Source of the DNA: Takakia lepidozioides
Lineage: Eukaryota > Plantae > Bryophyta
Assembly (NCBI GenBank): GCA_030704615.1
Contig: CM060731.1
Span: 12,338,001 to 12,402,000 of the forward strand
Length of the DNA: 64,000 nt
Reading direction: 5' to 3'
A model generated the notes under the pieces. It was not told where the DNA came from. It saw only the letters and a list, made by a program, of their open reading frames with translations, and did not search any database. Below are positions 61,101-64,000 of this stretch, in pieces. Both the position numbers and the translations under genes were made by a program. Numbering within the stretch: the stretch's first letter is position 1; every line of letters begins with the position of its first letter.

Positions 61101-62429
61101 GCATCAGCTGAAATACAGTTAGAGGCTGTCCCTTGCTTGCACCAGCATAACAACTACAGTTCCGAAGATGAAAAATAGCCCAACACAACCTGAAAGGATA
61201 AAAAGCACGAGTAGTCACACCTTTGTATCAAGCATGATGGCGATCACATTGGCAGCAGCCTGTGCATTATACTCGCGCACCAGGTCAATGACTTTCTTGT
61301 GTGATGCATGGTCCCCATGTGACATATTAAGCCGTGCCACATTCATGCCTACCTCAGCTAGCTTCCATATCATTTCCCGTGTATTTGATGTTGGACCTAT
61401 TGTGCAGACGATCTTGGTCTTGCGCTGGAAGGTAGGTTTCGTCCACATGCCTGTCTTCCCTTCATGGATTGCCAGGAGCTGCTCCAAAGTGCTGTCTCCC
61501 TGCTTCAGTTGTGATGTGACCTCAACTCAGAAACAACAAACCCACAAAATCTCCCCTTCTCTATCCCTCTCTTTCTATCTCCGACACTTTCTTTCATTCA
61601 ATGAAATGACTTTAAATTTCATTTCTACACAGTTCCTCTTTAAGCTGTAACATTGGAAGTAACTACAGAATCCTGATTGGCAGCCACTATAGACCTCCTG
61701 CCCTCTTGCAGCCAGACTCACTCCCCAAAAAGACATGAGCAACTTAAGCAGTGCCACCACTTTGTTGCTTTTTCGTGTAGAAGACAAATGCCCAAATTGA
61801 CACAGCATGTAAGTAAAAATGACCCAAATGCAGAGGTCTTTGGTAAGTTAAATCTCGGATGCTTGTAGGGTTTTCCATAAATTGATGTGGCACTGCTATT
61901 GTGCCCTCCTGGCCAGCATCCTGCACAGGATGAGACCTCTGATGCACAAAACATGACTGAGATAGATTTCGATGTTTCCTATGCCTTCCAATGACCAGAT
62001 AGAGACGGTCGAGACGAAGCAGATTAGCAACGACGTAATAGCCTGGTGAGTGGCAAGCTACTTTCCATCAGCGTGGAACTAATAAGTATTTCCAGTTTTA
62101 GCATTGTCATTTTGTAACAGCATTCACGAGTAACTCACCCCAAAACCATTGGAAGAAAAATTGAGACCGCCATCTTCTGGGGAGACAGGCACGATCACTG
62201 CCTCCTCTTGCACAATACGGCGGGGTCTTACGCTAGTGGCCTGCACAACCCCAACTGGAAATCTTTCCCGTCCAATCCTTCCACCCCTGCAACTTCGTAG
62301 TCTCAATCCTCCCTGCTGCTTTCGCAGTCCATTGCACGTCCCAATATCGTCATATGCCACTCTCTGCGAGGTTGATAGAGAGCATGCGGCGCTGGGTGTT
62401 CCTACTGGATTTATTAGCGCCGATGCCAT
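55124..62429 (-). CDS. PKP2: Plastidial pyruvate kinase beta subunit, 12 exons: 62139-62429, 61221-61520, 60665-60830, 60159-60293, 58638-58748, 58156-58244, 57790-57852, 57332-57507, 56920-57022, 55983-56131, 55680-55788, 55124-55237
   Basis: [81 protein letters not shown] introns; exons total 1806 nt in frame; transit-peptide-like N-terminus. The exon 1/2 boundary is the least certain. Confidence 0.93.
56225..56540 (+). mobile_element. 5'-truncated non-LTR retrotransposon 3' fragment in a PK intron
   Basis: [19 protein letters not shown] is a LINE C-terminal zinc-knuckle motif. Confidence 0.55.
58913..59420 (-). mobile_element. 5'-truncated non-LTR retrotransposon 3' fragment in a PK intron, with duplicated ~82-bp 3' unit
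   Basis: [23 protein letters not shown] zinc knuckle; tandem pair 58913-58994 / 58995-59077. Confidence 0.55.
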
Positions 62430-64000
62430 TGCGGAGGCCTGAACGAACTAAAAATCACTCCTCCAACATACAAGCCTGACTCCCAGAAACTAAGTGCAAA
62501 ATTTAGCAAAACAAAATCCTAAGAACAATGCTGAAAAGACACAGAGAAGGGAGGGAGACTGCAAAGCTCCAGCGAAACAATGGTGACAAGAACAATCGAA
62601 AGGGAGCAAAAAGCAGGCGAGATGCGCGATGCGTGGGCAGAGCGATCGTGAGGCCGGGAAGAGCAGCATTGGGCGCGTCGTCCACAGGCGGGGATTCTGT
62701 TGGCGGGATCCGTCCGTGCCACAAGGAATATTCTCCTACAATGCCACGCTCATTCTTGCTGCTCCTCGCTGCCGTGTCTTTTCTGCCCACTTGGCACTCT
62801 CCCAAGGTCCGATACATGACGCATGGGACATGGTCAGATCCCCAGGACATGAGATGTCCAGACCATGAGGTGTCGCACATTTTGTAGATTTTTTTTTCTT
62901 TTTTTTTTCTTTTTGTTTTTTGGAAAGAGGGGAAGTAGCCCTCAAAATTTATTAAATAAAGTGAAGAGTAGATATTAATAAATCACACAAAATTATTAAA
63001 GCTTTAATTGGTATTAGTAGCCAGATAGTAGCTCACTTGGATACTATGCGGAGTGCGATCTAGTCCTTGTAGTTAGATGACCTGGGTTGTGTTTCAATGA
63101 GCCTTGTGCTTGGTACGAGGTTGCTAGTTTGAAAGAGGTTATTTCTCCTTTTAATGTAGTTAGGGTGCATGCTTTGTGAGCAGTTGCTCCTAGGTGTTTC
63201 TCTTTTTTGATATATCAAGGTAGTTTGTTTGTTTGTTGTCTTTGTCCTTCAGGGCAGAGACTTTGCATCATGTTCATGTCAATGGAGAAAATGTGGTCAA
63301 CGGATCTTACACCGTGTCAAGAGTATGATTGGTCCAAAAAAGCTCTTAAATATAAACCACGTGGCAGCTTGTCAAAATTGTTGCTTTAATGGAGCCTCTC
63401 CTGGTTTGCGGCTTGTTTGTTTTGTTTTGCGTTGTTTTGTATTGTAGCGTTGAGATCTCCCAAAAATCGGGGCCCAACCCTAGTGCTTGGTACCGCTGTA
63501 AGCCCTCAATGAGGAGGGGTGCACCGACTTGGTCTCATAATTTTTGGACCTGCGGTGTAGGAGATATGGAATTTCAAGTACTTTTGGTCGCTGGAAATTC
63601 TTTGAAAAATAGCAAAGTGGGCTTTCCTGGAACAATGATTGGATATATTCTGATTGCACTTGGAGTTAGATGACACTGCACACTTGGGCCAACGGTGCAC
63701 GTTACCTGGTGTATATGTAAGGCTTAGAGGTTACCCACGACTATATGCAACCTAAGCTTGACTACAACAACTAAACAGTTGAACAAGAAATACATTATCC
63801 TGCGCGTATTGTTAGTCAAAAGTACATGACCCCTCAAGTTAAGCAATTCACATGGATACATGCTAGCCCCCCCCCCCCCTTAGATTAGTCTTAGTTTTAG
63901 ATTCTTAATGGATTTTTTACGATAATCCTTAACTTTCAAAATGTAATGTGTATTAAAACATGTTTTGAACAGTTTGATTAAAATGAAATGTTGCCAGAAT

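Overview
Eukaryotic land-plant DNA, probably a bryophyte or other seed-free lineage (inferred from the TE types). Two host genes flank about 45 kb of nested transposons: an intronless FPF1-like gene (12309-12692, -) and a 12-exon plastid pyruvate kinase beta subunit (55124-62429, -). At the left is the right part of a large Mutator-like element with a MULE transposase, a Ulp1-protease pseudogene, a zinc-finger ORF and dense AGACC motifs. A TGTAACCC-rich element of unknown class is interrupted by a Tcn1/Tf1-type chromovirus (18894-47466, -). Two related Ty3/gypsy elements, here called B and C, are inserted in that chromovirus, and a later 2.6-kb inversion (31144-33753) scrambled the locus. B and C are the main finding. 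(i) They encode a DNMT3-like C5 cytosine methyltransferase between protease and RT, uninterrupted in C. (ii) They have a PHD finger at the integrase C-terminus, and B also carries an upstream Tudor + WHIM-like ORF. (iii) Both have an in-frame UAG-CAA-CCA readthrough signal separating Gag-PR-DNMT from RT-RH-INT. (iv) Their termini are split direct repeats (A-internal-B-A-B) with 4-bp TSDs even though the integrase is DDE-type. (v) The primer-site sequence is complementary to, and co-varies with, a 12-nt hairpin loop in their own terminal repeat. All calls come from reading the sequence by eye; no searches were run.
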